In this document: positions 13,606 through 27,114 of the stretch, piece after piece | Layout: each line of letters begins with the position of its first letter | Numbering within the stretch: the first letter of the stretch is position 1 | From: Octopus vulgaris | Lineage: Eukaryota | Reading direction: 5' to 3' | Length of the DNA: 64,000 bases | NCBI GenBank assembly: GCA_951406725.2 | Contig: OX597821.1 | Span: 70,494,001-70,558,000, forward strand | Made by a program: the position numbers and the translations under genes | Notes under the pieces: generated by a model | The model's database searches: none | What the model was told of the DNA's origin: nothing | What the model saw: only the letters and a program-made list of their open reading frames with translations

Positions 13606-15710
13606 TCACTACTGTGTGGACGCGTCGTTCTTCGCTGCTGGAGTCACGTCTTTGTATACCAACATCGTGAATTATCGAAGCACAAAAACTAGGTAAGACA
13701 TTTGTTTTCTTGGGATTCAGTGGGGGTCTGTTGCTCGTGTTTATTTATTTTTGTCGAACAAGAAATATCCACTGAGTTCCACTCATTTGTCTGTCTGTGG
13801 TGGTGTTTAAAGTCTCACGTAGCGGTGAGAAGTGTGTTTTTGGGGCGTATCTCTCCGAAAATTGTGTATTTTTTCTGACTGTTTTGTGCCCTTGCCAGGA
13901 TAATTACCTAGTTGGCCAGGAGTACCAGGACTGCCAGAAGAATTTGCTGTGTTTTTTTAACTGTTTTTCGCCTTCTTGTATTTTTTTGTGTTTTCTTTTA
14001 ACTTTGAACTTTTGTTTTTTGTGCATATTTTTCAAAAAAGAAACATGGCAAAGAAGATAAATAACACTGCGTTGGAGTGGGAAATTGTCCCGCCCAAACT
14101 GTGGATGAAAGACTTTGAAGAGAGGACGGTGGTACTACGAACGTGCTCCAAGTCGCTCGACGCCATCGCCTTCATTCAAAAGAGTGAAATTGTGAAAGAG
14201 TCGGCAGAATATTTGTCAACTATTAAATTCAACTCCAGGGGCGTCAAATATGCAAAGGTGTGGTTGCTGTCTGGAACCCCTGAGGAGGCTTGCATTTTTG
14301 CGAACCAGCCCCTGGAGGGCAATAAAATTTTGTTTCTTCCTACGTATTGTGGGAGGAAGTTAACAAGAGCTTGGGTTTGTGGGTTGCCACCTGGGATAAA
14401 ACCCGAGTGGATAGAGGAAACTATTCGCCGGGGTCTGGGTGGCAACGGAGCCAAGCTCCTTAATGTGAAAGTTTTTCCTACGGCTGATTGGGTTGGGTCA
14501 AAAAATGTTTTGAACCGTTGAACCCAATCAGCCAATCTGGTTTTTCCAGATCATTTCAAAGTGGCCAGATGCAGGTACCCGGTAATTCTTGAGGGTCGCC
14601 CCACCCCCAGGTGTCATCGGTACCTGGAGCCTGGCCATATAAAAAAAAAACTGTCCCCAGTAACAAAGTAAAGTCCTGGAGTAGTTGGTTGAGACCTCTG
14701 TAGAAGAGGGAACGAAGGCGGCCGAGGAGGCAGGAGGACTCCTCAAAGAAGGGCCGCAAGAGGAAGAAGGTGAGAAACAATGGGTGCTCACCGAAGGATC
14801 CTAGGGATGAGGAAGGGGAAGTGAATCTCCCGGTCACGGAGGAAACGCACCCTCTCTCAGTTGAAAAGAAAAAAAAGAGGAAGAGAAACGGGACATTGCC
14901 GGCAGTCGGTGACATAGTACCGGAATGTCCCGGAACCTCGACGGTAGGAGTTGTGCCACCGGCAGGGGAAGAGACACCGTTGGCGAGAATTGTACCGCAA
15001 AAGGTAGAATTGACTATCCCGCCCCCGGAGAAAGACGAATTATTGGTCTTCTTCTATAGAGGCAGAGAGGTAGAAAAGATTGTGGAAAAGCACCATAAGG
15101 GAGTACCTTTAGCCTGCACACAGGATCCCGAATGGCCTCCGCAGATAGCTGTGGAGGTCATAACGTTGCCCGTGATGCGTAGGCTGCAGGGACTCAATGA
15201 GGAATATCGCTTGTATATGGGCGACGTCGATACGGCACCCGCTGTGATCTTGAACGAGGTGTGGGTGATGGCGGAGAATGCGATGTCGAGGAGAAATAGT
15301 GATAAGAGGTTGAAAAGCCTCAGTGTTATTGAAAGTTCCGAGGTTGGGACTCAAAAGCCGGCAGCTCTTCAATATCTAGCCAAGGAATTAAGAAACTTAC
15401 ACAATGTAGACGTAGATGTCTTCAAAAACCAAAAAAACTGGACATTTTCCTATCCATTTTCCGATACCAGATGATCCGACTTCCCGCCATGAAATACAAT
15501 CGAGGATGGCAGAGTCAAAATCCTTCATAACTAAATGCTCCCCCACCTAAAAAAAAAGGGGCACATCACATGCAAGAGTAGTAATATGAAAACCCACGGC
15601 GCAGAAAACGACAAATATGTTAGAAGGCTATGGAAAGGGCACCATGCCACAGTGGGGCTCTACTATGACTGCAGGCGTATGACCGAAACGCAAAAAAGAT
15701 ATATATGGTT
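13606..15710 (+). mobile_element. LINE ORF1-like (RRM-like region plus CCHC knuckle) degenerate element with no ORF2
   Basis: ORF from 14045 (TRAWVCGLPPGIKPEWIEETI), broken knuckle EGRPTPRCHRYLEPGHIKK-NCP at ~14591-14657, acidic linker, ORF 14770-15474; follows a truncated SINE head at 13568-13605. Confidence 0.55.
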
Positions 15711-15960
15711 TTATATATATACATATAGTTTATATGTATATATTCATATATTGATGTGTGTATATGTATATATACATATATATATCTTTTAGATTTGTTT
15801 ATGGGAAACGTTTTGAGTTTGGAAACAAAGCTCTTATTCTATTATTCCGGCCACAGTCTCTGATGCTGACTAGTGAGCCAGATTTTCGAGGTTGCATCGA
15901 GTTATACCGATATAATGTTGTATAAATATAATAACAATAATCCAGTAATTCCATCCAAGG

Positions 15961-16046
<86 letters not shown>

Positions 16047-16099
16047 CATCATCATCATCATTGCTTTTATTCTGCATGCTTGTTGCAATCACTTGCCGA

Positions 16100-17420
16100 G
16101 ACACACCCAGCGTCCTAGAGCGAGTGAAGAATAAGAGATGTTAACAGTATGACTGAAAGCATGGGGAAGAGAAGTGGCAGGGGCAGTAGTGAAATATCTT
16201 CATGTAATACAACACAGACATGTAAATGGATAGGGCTTTTCTAAGGATGTGGGCAGTACTTGTCTTTTGAATTTCTCTGAGACATGATTCTCCTGGGATC
16301 TTATCTAAATGTCTCTAACATCCATTTTTTATTATACCTACAATAACAGGAACAGTTCTCACTTTTAGATGCTACATCTTTTGTATTTCAATTTCCAGGT
16401 TCTTATATTTACTTAGTTTGTCAAATTCCTTTACAGTAGGAACACTTACATCTATTAGTCTACAAGTGTTTTCTTCCCTGTCTTTAATAATTATGTCTGG
16501 TCGATTAGCCTGGATCGTTTTGTCAGTGTTAACTGGGAAATTCCAGAGGATCGTGATATTTTTACCTTCAAAGACTGGCTCAGGATGATGTCCATACCAA
16601 TAAGCAGGAGTGCTGAATGTTTACATATTTTCCAGTGTAAATAGTGTCCTACCCTATTGTGGTGATTTTTGTATTCGTTTCGTGTCAGCACCGGACATCC
16701 CGAGATGAAATGATGGTCTATTGTTTCGTCAAATGTGTCCCAGAATCTACATTTAAGTTCTGAACCGTTTTGAAGAACGTTCGCTTGGTTGTTTTTAGTA
16801 AGCAGCTTTGATCTTATGCCACTAATATGAAACCTTCAGTCTCTGCTTTCAGTCCTGAACTTCTCAAACACTGTTGGGTTGTTGCTTGATCTACATCAGC
16901 ATTTAGACTTCGAAGAATATACTGTTCATGCAGAGGCTTCTGTCTCCACCGCTCCTCAAATTGTTTCCGCTCGTTTTTTTTTTATTTATTGTTTTAATCT
17001 TTAGTCTGCTTGATCCTTTTTGCTTGTTTGGTGTGATTTCAGGTTCTTCAACTATTTTAGGGTTAATGCCAAGTTCCCTTACGAATTCGCAAGCTTCCTT
17101 GACAATATTATGTGAATTTTTGCTGCTTTTGTGTTTGCACACAACCTGCAGCGTCCAGTCCTCTGTACTAGATAAGTACCTTTTCATTGCTATTGGGTTG
17201 GTCTCATAGCACAGCTCTACTTGCATCATTCCTCATCTCCCATTACTTCTAGGTAGGTACAGACAATCAACGTTTGCTTTTGGGTGGTGCATATTCTTAG
17301 ATGTTAGTAGTTTTCTTGTCTTCCTGTCCAGGCCTTGGAGCTTTGTAAGATTCCAGTTAATGATGTTATATTGGACTACTGGAAGTGCCAGGGTGTTAAT
17401 GGTTTCGATGCGATTTTTGC
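16100..17420 (-). mobile_element. R4/Dong-type non-LTR retrotransposon 3' portion (RT tail, CCHC, REL endonuclease), degenerate
   Basis: CRFWDTFDETIDH..ISGCPVLTRNEYKNHHNRVGHYLHWKICKH and NFPVNTDKTIQANRPDIIIKD; (TAT)n arrays on both sides. Confidence 0.8.
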
Positions 17421-17476
17421 AGTTCAGTTTATTTTTATTATTATTATTATTATCATTATTATTATTATCATTATTA

Positions 17477-17540
<64 letters not shown>

Positions 17541-17552
17541 AAATTATTTTAA

Positions 17553-17605
<53 letters not shown>

Positions 17606-17866
17606 GTAGTAGTAGTAGTAGTAGTAGTATTGTTGTTGTTATGCTAACATATGTATGCATGATTATTTACATGTGTACACGTATAAGTACAGAAGCAGAT
17701 AAATGTATGTGTATGTGCGAGTATACACATATATGGGGGATGGTTTAGTTCACAGTCGATCTAAATGATTAGGTACTCTAGGTAAGTGTTGTAACGGATT
17801 ACTGGTATTCCAAGGTTATAGCTGAGACAGTAGAATGGAGCCATTGTTGATTTCCGATGCAGCGGA

Positions 17867-18015
17867 TATATAAATTGTTAAACAGGACAGCAAACGTTAA
17901 GGCAAGGCAAAATATCTCAAGTCTTGTACATTATTATTGGAAAATAATTATAATGTATACGAGTTGAGACGCTTGCCTTGCCTTAACGTTTGTTGTCCTC
18001 TTTGACAATTGTGTG

Positions 18016-18018
<3 letters not shown>
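17867..18018. repeat. Imperfect inverted repeat (~65-bp arms)
   Basis: caaacgttaaggcaaggcaa / ttgccttgccttaacgtttg. Confidence 0.75.
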
Positions 18019-18046
<28 letters not shown>

Positions 18047-18273
18047 GTAAATATGAAAAGATGAAATTAAGTGCTAAACACCGCATTGGTGGATATAATT
18101 TCTTTATTTGTAAATTAAGGCTACTGTTGGTTTCGTGTTAACAATTTTTCAAGCCGATCACATCGAGAACGGTGTTCACCTCCATTTTGGAAAACACACC
18201 CTATTTTAGTTCACAAATGTATACGAGTTGAGACGCTTGCCTTGCCTTAACGTTTGTTGTCCTCTTTGACAAT

Positions 18274-18320
<47 letters not shown>

Positions 18321-18490
18321 GTAAATATGAAAAGATGAAATTAAGTGCTAAACACCGCATTGGTGGATATAATTTCTTTATTTGTAAATTAAGGCTACTG
18401 TTGGTTTCGTGTTAACAATTTTTCAAGCCGATCACATCGAGAACGGTGTTCACCTCCATTTTGGAAAACACACCCTATTTTAGTTCACAA
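17952..18490. repeat. Tandem duplication of ~265-275 bp
   Basis: 17952-18215 and 18216-18490 are essentially identical apart from the (TA)n tract. Confidence 0.9.
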
Positions 18491-18547
18491 ACACTCATAC
18501 ACACACACACACACACACACATACACATATCATATATACATGTATAC

Positions 18548-18585
<38 letters not shown>

Positions 18586-19214
18586 GTATACAAACATATA
18601 TATGTGTACAATTATAGGCAAACAAAGAGACAGATCGATCGATACATAGATGTGTTTTTATGTATGTGTGAGAATATGTGTGTGTGTGTGTGGATGTGTG
18701 CGTATGTGGGTGAATACAAAAGGGTTGGATACCTCTGAGTGGACCAGTTAGAAGTAAATGTTACACATTCATTCGACTCTCCACTTGCGACATTTACGGA
18801 GCAGAATAGACGTGAATACATTTACTTGTGTTTACTGAGCTGTATAAACTGGGATTATATCCAGTAAATTAATGTTGCATAGAATAGGGACAGCCTATGC
18901 ATACATATATACATACACACACATGCACGAACCTACACACACACGCGTGCATAGAAATATATACACACACAAATATATGATTAATAAGTTATAAATTAAA
19001 TCATGCTGATGATTTCTAAAAAGAATGAAATCGTGCTACACATTATTACCACCAACTACCAATTTTAAGAACTTCATAACTGATAGAATAAAATATTAAA
19101 TGTACGAGTTCTGTACATTTTTTTCCTCGCATTCCTTAATTTCAATTTTAAATTTCTACTCGCTCCTCATGTTGTGGTGTGTGCGTGCGTACGTGCGTGC
19201 GTACGTGCGTGCGC

Positions 19215-19247
<33 letters not shown>

Positions 19248-20269
19248 TGTGAAATTATATAAAATGAACTCCCATAGTCGTTTATTGACAATAAATATGC
19301 TTTATCAATAACAGCCACACTGTTTAGCTACCAACTAATTGCAGATGTAACTTGATATCACAAACAGCAACAAAGCCTACTGCATCCATTATCCGTCATG
19401 TGACAAGTAGCATACGAGTTAAAGAATAGTCATAAGGGGAGATAAATCTAACAAGATGGGTTTTCTCCTTTTAGAAAGCGAACAGCGAGATATAAAGAAA
19501 TACTGCCAATTATATTGAGATTTTCTCTGATTTTTGAAGATAACTGAATCCGGGTATGATGTATCCATTCCACCGTCCTTGTCACAGGCCTAGAACAACA
19601 GGCTTTAAAAAGCAAGAGGTGGAGCTGGTTAATTAATAAGATCTTAGATGCATTGTTTTTCATAAATAAAAGAGGGAACGCAATGGTCACGGACGGTGTG
19701 TCTTTGAATCATCTATGAGCTGGATCAGAGTTGATTGGGGCTTAGGAAACAAGAACATCATTTATAGTGAGAATTACGAAAAAAACGAATAATGTAACAA
19801 AATTGATAGAGCGTCGCACAAAGTAATTTTGTTCGATTCTCACCAGGGTTAACTTTGGAGATAAAACAATGAAGCAAACCAATTCCTAAGGGGAATTTTT
19901 GTTATTTTTATTCATGTACCATCGTATATCATCATCATGATCATCATCATCATTTAACGCCCACTTTTCCATGTGAATATAGGTCGTACAGGGTTCGTTG
20001 AGACGGATTCTCTTGCTGTCGCCAACCCCCACCAGTTTGCATGTGTGGTTATATTTGTGGCATGGTTAGATTCGAACTTCATTTAAGAAAGGAAACGAAC
20101 GATAGCATCCCCAGTATGGCGGTGATGATCACGTGATGGCAAGACAAATATACACAGAAACACTCTCACATTTAAACACACATCTGCAAGCACGCAAGCA
20201 CACACACACATACACACACACACACACATATTATTTACACTCACACACATACATACCTATGCATACATC

Positions 20270-20428
20270 CACGACGGATTTCATTCAGTTTCCATTCAAC
20301 AAATCCACTCGCAACTCTTTGGTGGGAGCGGAGCTGCAGTAAAAGCCCAAGGAGCCGCGCAGTGAGACTGAATTCATGACCACATGGTTGGTAAGCAAGC
20401 TTCTAAAACCATACTGCCATACCTGCGT
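20270..20428 (-). mobile_element. SINE family 1 head, diverged
   Basis: caaatccactcgcaactctttgg...cccaaggagccgcgcagtgagactgaa...accacatggttggtaagcaagcttc. Confidence 0.65.
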
Positions 20429-20452
20429 CAATATCTATATATGTTATGTATA

Positions 20453-20513
<61 letters not shown>

Positions 20514-21063
20514 TCTGCATAAACATATAGAGATGTGGTGGTGGGGGGGAGTGAGCGTGCGCTTCTCATATTTTTGAAATATTTTATTAAAGTCACTGAC
20601 TTTTACGTTTTGTCCCCATCTTCACAGCCTGCCTCTGTTTATATGGCAACACAACAACTGTGCATTTTAAAAGAGCTTTGTTAATAAAAGGGTTCCTAAT
20701 ATTCTATCACGTATATACATACATGCATACATGCATTCATACATGCACATATCCATACAAACATATATATACATGTATACGTAGATATAGACTGAGACAT
20801 ACACAGACATACATATCTCTATAACTTTATACATATCTATCCATAAGTATATATAAACTTTTATATATACACACACTCACCCACACACACATACACACAC
20901 ATATACATGTGCGCAAATTTGCACATATGCATATGTACACATGCATCCATGCGTTCGTGTATGTGCATATATGCATTTCTGTTTCTCTCTCCATTCATAT
21001 ACATATGTGATATGTGTATGCGTGTATCCCTACACACATATAAATATACCTGTGTGTGTATGT

Positions 21064-21117
<54 letters not shown>

Positions 21118-21852
21118 GATGTATACATACACACACATGTATATATATATATATATGTTTATATGTGTTTGTATGTGTTTATGAATACATATACGCATGT
21201 ATGCATGTACGTCTTATTTCAACAGCTTTTCATTAAAGCTGTAATTAAATTTCACTCTCCTTAATGTCACCAACATTCTTCTCTTTTCTATCCTGTTATT
21301 TCAATACACGACCAAGTGAGCAACCATATTGATTGCCACCACAACCCACCCACCAATTTATTTGTCTTTTTTAATATTTCTTTTTTTTTTATATAATTTA
21401 TGTTCTCCCTCTATTATTACATTTTTATTTAAATATTGGTTAGTTGGTTGGTGACTGAGGAGTTCGGTGTGGTAGCGTGTGTTACAAGAAACCGGCGATA
21501 CTATTTATGTGTTTTATCTAATAAAATCGGCCATGTTATTTCCGTGTTGAAAACTAAACAATGAATCGAGTTTCCTTATTAATCTTTTGAGATTTTATGA
21601 AATATAATTTATAATTTATGTCTGACGTTGTAAATCGAAGCGAAGTCTTGATGATGGTTAACGAGAATCAATCTTTTGCGTTCGTTTTGACGGCAAAGGA
21701 CAATTTGACATTTACTAAGGATGCTACTGCCTCTCTCTCTCTCTCTCTCTCTCTCGCTAACACACACACGCACACACACAAAGAATTATGAGAAGGGGAT
21801 ATGCAAAAATAGATATCTGTTTACGTGTCTAAATGTTGTAGTATACCCGGAT

Positions 21853-21990
21853 AGGCGTAGACATGGCTGTATGGTAAAGAAGTTCCCTTTGCATACAAGT
21901 GCTTTCCAGTTCAATCCCACTGCGTGGTACCTCAACAACGTGTTTTCTTCTATAAACGCAGACCAAAAGAATATGGTTGAAAGACGAGAA
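21853..21990 (+). mobile_element. SINE family 1 head, diverged
   Basis: ggcgtagacatggctgtatggtaaagaagtt...gttcaatcccactgcgtggtacc. Confidence 0.6.
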
Positions 21991-24101
21991 GAAACCCAAA
22001 GATCTTGTGGTTCAACGTCTTCCAAAATAATTATCATACTCCACCGTACGACATTCACTAGCTGTTATCACTGGGCTGTTGTTGTTGTTGTTGCTGCTGC
22101 TGCAGCGTCTGCTGGTTGTTGTTGTTAAGCAACAAGACGGTTAAGGGTGATTAGGTGATGGTCTAAGGCTTAGGGGCGGGAGACCCCCACCTTGGAAAAA
22201 AAAACTTTGGTCGTCTTGTAGTCGAGGGCTCTTCGTTGACGCCCGACACCACTGGGAGGTGGCCCTCGAAGTCGCTGGAAATGGAGAACTCCAGGTCCAA
22301 ATTCTTGAACGGCTGTTGCTGCTGCTGATGATGGTTCTAATGTGTACAGTCCTCAAATCAACCTGGATCCTACAAACACATCATTGTCTGTTTTTTCTTT
22401 TCTGAAAGTATCAAACATGACAGTATCAAAAGTAATTTTTGCTCTTTCTGAGACAAGAAGATGCGATTTGATAAACATTTTGGCTGTTATTTTTAACAAG
22501 TTGAACGATTATGTAAAGTCTCGTCCGGAAATTCGACATTTTGACATGCTGTGGTTAATAGCTTTATGCAAATTTTATTTTTGGTGGGGGGGGGGATTTT
22601 ATACCAGATTATTGCAATCTAAATGAACAGTCAGCTTAAATAAATTTTAAAAATAAAAAGGCCAATACAACCGAATAAAAATTTCAACACAACTCTTGCA
22701 AAAATAAACACAAACGTATATACACAATAAATCTCGTTTGCAGCGAAAGGAGGCGTCAGTGGCTAGGCGTTGGTTTTTAAGGACACGTCACATATCGCTG
22801 TTGCTGATCAGTAAAGACAGAAGTTTGTTTCTCTGACCAAGCCTAAAGAAGAAGAAAAAGAGAGAAAAGTAAGAAGGTCGCTTAGAAAAACAAGCAATCA
22901 CGTTAAGATATTGTAAACACTCGCTATGAGAAAAGTTAGAGAAAAAAATTGCCAACTTTTTTTCTTTCTATGAATACAATTTATCTGGGTTTTTTAATTT
23001 ATGAATTTTTTTTACTGTGTGTGTGTGTGCACCCGCGTGCGTGTGTCTGTTAGAGACTGGGAGGAAAGAAATGGAAGGGAAGATAGTGAAAGAGAGGAAG
23101 GAAGAGAGAGAAAAACTGAATAGAAAAGGTGTGAAGAAAAAAGAAAGAGAGAGAGAGAGAAATGAAAGAGGGGTGTGGAGAGCGGATATAATAAGAGTTG
23201 TGGTATCTGTGCAATTTTGAATAGAGACCTGGGATTTGCAATATAGCAAGGGATGAGATTACAGTGGGGAAAAAAGCTGAAACAGTTCTGGATGACAGGC
23301 AAGAGAAACAAAGAGAAGAGAGATAGAGGGACAGAGAGTGAGAGAGAGAGAGATGAAGAGGAAGAGGAGGAAGAGAGAGCAGGAAAGAGAAAGAGAAAGA
23401 GAGAGGGGAGGAAGAGAGAGCAGAAGAGAGAGAGGGAGAGAGAAAGTAAAAATCTGGACAGAGGGTAATAAGGAAAGAGTGGATAACAAAAATGAATGTA
23501 ACAGAGAAGGAAAGAATGAGAGAGGCTGAGGAAAGAGAGAGAGAGTAAGGATAAAGGTAGAGAGGGTTAAGAAATAGAGTAAATCAAGAGAAAGAGGAAG
23601 GGAGAGAAAGAGGGAGAAAGGGAATGAGAGAGAGACAGAGTGATAGAAAGAGAGTTACAGTAGATGCGAAAGGAGTCAAATATGAAAGTAGGTGTGTGTG
23701 TGTGTGTTGGTATGTATGTTTGCGTGCGTGTTTGTGCGTGTGTGAGGGAGAGACAGAGAAAGAGAGAGAGAGAGAAGCTATGTGTGTGAGCATGCACTTC
23801 GGGTGGGTCATGCTGCAAATAAGACACACACATTGGTTATATTTCACCTCTGATTTATCAGTTAGTAGATAATTAGTTAATTATTAGATTGATTAATTAA
23901 TGTATTGTTTTGATAAACTATCGTGCAATCGTTGTCTCTGTGACCACAAGCACCTCTGTTCTATCCTTTATTTCCTCATTTCTAGTTCAGCGTTCGTATA
24001 TGTGTATTTGTGTGTGTGTGTGTGTACATACATGTAAACATATATATATATGAGTGTGTATATACGTACATGTACAGATAGATAGATCGATAGATAGATA
24101 T

Positions 24102-24161
<60 letters not shown>

Positions 24162-24411
24162 ACATGCAGGTAGGTAGGTAGGTAGGTAGGTAGGTCGAAC
24201 AGGATAGAAGGGTAACATTAAGGAAGAACCAAAGAAAAGTGACACAGACATGGTGAGTTATATAAAATGTAGAATATATATCAGAGGTGGAGAATAGCAG
24301 AAGTGAGAGGCGAAATAGAGAAAGAGAGAGAGAGACAGAGAGACAGATAGACAAAAAGAGAGACAGGGAGGTAAATATAGAGAAAGTGTGATTGTGTATG
24401 TTGTGTGTGCA

Positions 24412-24442
<31 letters not shown>

Positions 24443-24745
24443 ACATAGAGGTAAGAATGAGTCACAGGGTGCCTGATGTGGCTAATAAGGGGTGAAGAAG
24501 AACCGGGAATAAACGAGAGAAAGAAGAATTGGGTGAATTCGGTTAAGAATGGGGTAAGTCTATGTACAGAGGGGTGGGTGTGTGCGTAAAGAACGGGTGG
24601 GATGATGAGGGGAGGCTGGAGGAGTGATAAAGATATCAGTCATATAATATAACTTATTCTTATGAGATGGGATGTCCTCTTTAATGAAAGGTTGGTATTA
24701 ATGCGATGTTTGTTTCTCAGTTCACAAACCGGAAGTACCAAACAC

Positions 24746-24790
<45 letters not shown>

Positions 24791-24879
24791 CCACACATAC
24801 ATTTATATATGCATTCATATACAAACATATGCACACATATATACGTACGCGTGTGTGCGTGTACATACAGCATACATGC

Positions 24880-24910
<31 letters not shown>

Positions 24911-25085
24911 CATACATACATACATAAATACATACATTAGCTTAGTTGACCTAAACAACACATCTTCGAATGTTACACTGAGAAATACAAATTCTTCCTT
25001 GAACCTACCGCCGACTTAAATGAATAATTATTACTTTATTGGTCACAGAGAATAAAACGCTCATGGAAGTGCTTTTAATTTTGCA

Positions 25086-25188
<103 letters not shown>

Positions 25189-25214
25189 TTTGCTTATAAT
25201 TTTGCACTTATATA

Positions 25215-25387
25215 TATATAAAGGGAAAGTTTACGAAAATAAACAAAAGACGAAGGCAGGTGGAGTACAAACAAACAGATGTATTAGTATAGCGCTCAGG
25301 AATAGAAAAGGTCTTTTAAGTTTCGAGCCTACGCTCTTCGACAGAAAGATACACAGAAAAAAAACAAGGAGAGAAAAAATGCATGTA

Positions 25388-25390
<3 letters not shown>
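25215..25390 (-). mobile_element. A6U hammerhead-family short element (motif 25311-25350)
   Basis: Reverse complement tcttt-CTGTCGA-a-GAGC-gtag-GCTC-GAAA-CT-TA-aaaga; TA tracts on both sides. Confidence 0.7.
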
Positions 25391-25436
<46 letters not shown>

Positions 25437-25446
<10 letters not shown>

Positions 25447-25662
25447 GGAAATGAAGAAAATGCTGACAAATAATTGAAGTAATTTAAGTAATTTAATTAG
25501 GTGAAAGTTCTTTTTACCGGTTGCGCATTTGTTATGCTTATCAAAATATATTTTGATAAGCATAACAAATGCGCAACCGGTAAAAAGAACTTTCACCTAA
25601 TTAAATTACTTAAATTACTTCAATTATTTGTCAGCATTTTCTTCATTTCCTTTTTTATATAT
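25437..25662. repeat. Near-perfect ~225-bp palindrome, each arm starting with a hammerhead-like motif
   Basis: Axis at 25548/25549; right arm TTGATAA-GCAT-aacaa-ATGC-GCAA-CCGG-TA-aaaag (25553-25587). Confidence 0.9.
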
Positions 25663-25691
25663 CACCACTCGTGTTCGACATCTCCTTTTTT

Positions 25692-25730
<39 letters not shown>

Positions 25731-25839
25731 CAAGCAGATAATTAGGTTTCATTCATCGACCCAATTTTCACTTAATTAATCTTTGCATGGTTCCGATTAG
25801 TTTGTTGACCCTATACAAAGGCATCGCCAATTATTTCAT

Positions 25840-26200
25840 AGAATTTGATTACCATTCGATCAAGCATTGAATATTGCTGCCATTTTGGGGTTGGTGCCAC
25901 CTCTGAGCGTCTTAACTTGCTTGATCGAATTTGGAATCCAGATGTCAAAACGCTGGGTTCTTCGTGGTGTCTTTTTTATAAGTATTTCCATGATCATATC
26001 TTTGATGAACTTTTTGGTCTAGAACCCTCTGTAAAGACCTTTAAATGTGTCATCCACTTCTCTTCCAACACAAACCGTTTCTCTATTGAACTTCCAGGAA
26101 GTCTATTTATTCTAATAGCTTCTTTCCTCTAATTGCTGGTCTTACTACCATCATCTAGTTTTCCACTCATTTATAATATTCACTCCTTTAATTTTTCTAC
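25840..26200 (+). pseudogene. CR1/jockey-group LINE ORF2 C-terminal fragment
   Basis: IRSSIEYCCHFGVGA...LNLLDRI...CLFYKYFH...DELFGLEP resembles the IRPxMEYCxHxWxGA...LFYRY...SxEL motif. Confidence 0.6.
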
Positions 26201-26469
26201 CGATCGACATCTTTTTAATTTCTAGGCACTTTTTTTCCTTTCTTTTACGCTATGGTAAGCTGAAGACTTGTTTTGGGATAGAATCGTATAAAAAATTTAT
26301 TGTTCTCGTTATTCATAAAATACTTTTGTTCAAATTTAAAAATTTTTTCTTACATATTAAAATATTGGGATTTGATATTTCTGATCATGAAGATATCGTA
26401 CGTCTCTTCCAATAGCATAATTGAATTATTCACATTTGACAGATATTTATCCTCATCTTGTTTGTTGTT

Positions 26470-26515
26470 AACACAACGTTTCGGCTGATATACCCTCCAG
26501 CCTTCATCAGGTGTC
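26470..26515 (-). ncRNA. Minimal type I hammerhead ribozyme, canonical core
   Basis: gacac-CTGATGA-a-GGCTG-gagggtatat-CAGCC-GAAA-CG-TT^-gtgtt: stem I, stem II, palindromic ACGT stem III, GUU cleavage triplet. Confidence 0.85.
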
Positions 26516-26562
26516 TTGGGGAAATTTCGAACCTGGGTTCTCATTCCTAAGGTATTTTTCGA

Positions 26563-26629
<67 letters not shown>

Positions 26630-26632
<3 letters not shown>

Positions 26633-27070
26633 TAGTTTTATTTTTATAGCGTGCTTTCACTTTACTACAGAGCGCAGCTCTGTGTGCCTTGGGTATGTGC
26701 TGTGATTTGTTGTGATGCTCTGGTGGTTACTGTATGGAAAGTGTTCTGCGTAGGATGTGTGCAGTGCCTAGTAGTGCAATTTTCTGTATGTTATATGTGT
26801 TTGTAAGTCCTGGTGTTTTTGTTATGTATTTGTCTGAATATTTTTTTATCATGCCTAATGCACCTACTATGATAGGAATTGTTTCTATTTTTAGATTCCA
26901 TATTCTGGTTACTTCTATTTCCAGGTCTTTGTATTTTGATAGTTTCTCCATTTCTTTTAGAGATGCGTTGTCATCTGCCGGTATTGATACATCAATTAGA
27001 AAGCATTTTTTTTCTTCATGATCTCTGACAACTATATCTGATCTGTTGGCCTTCATTTCTCTATCTGTGT

Positions 27071-27072
<2 letters not shown>
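26630..27072 (-). mobile_element. R4/Dong-type LINE 3' end (REL endonuclease) in (TAA)n
   Basis: ORF 26727-27056: ANRSDIVVRD...CFLIDVSIP...KEMEKLSKYKDLEIEV..IW....IPIIVGALG...IQKIALLGTAHILRRTL. Confidence 0.9.
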
Positions 27073-27114
<42 letters not shown>

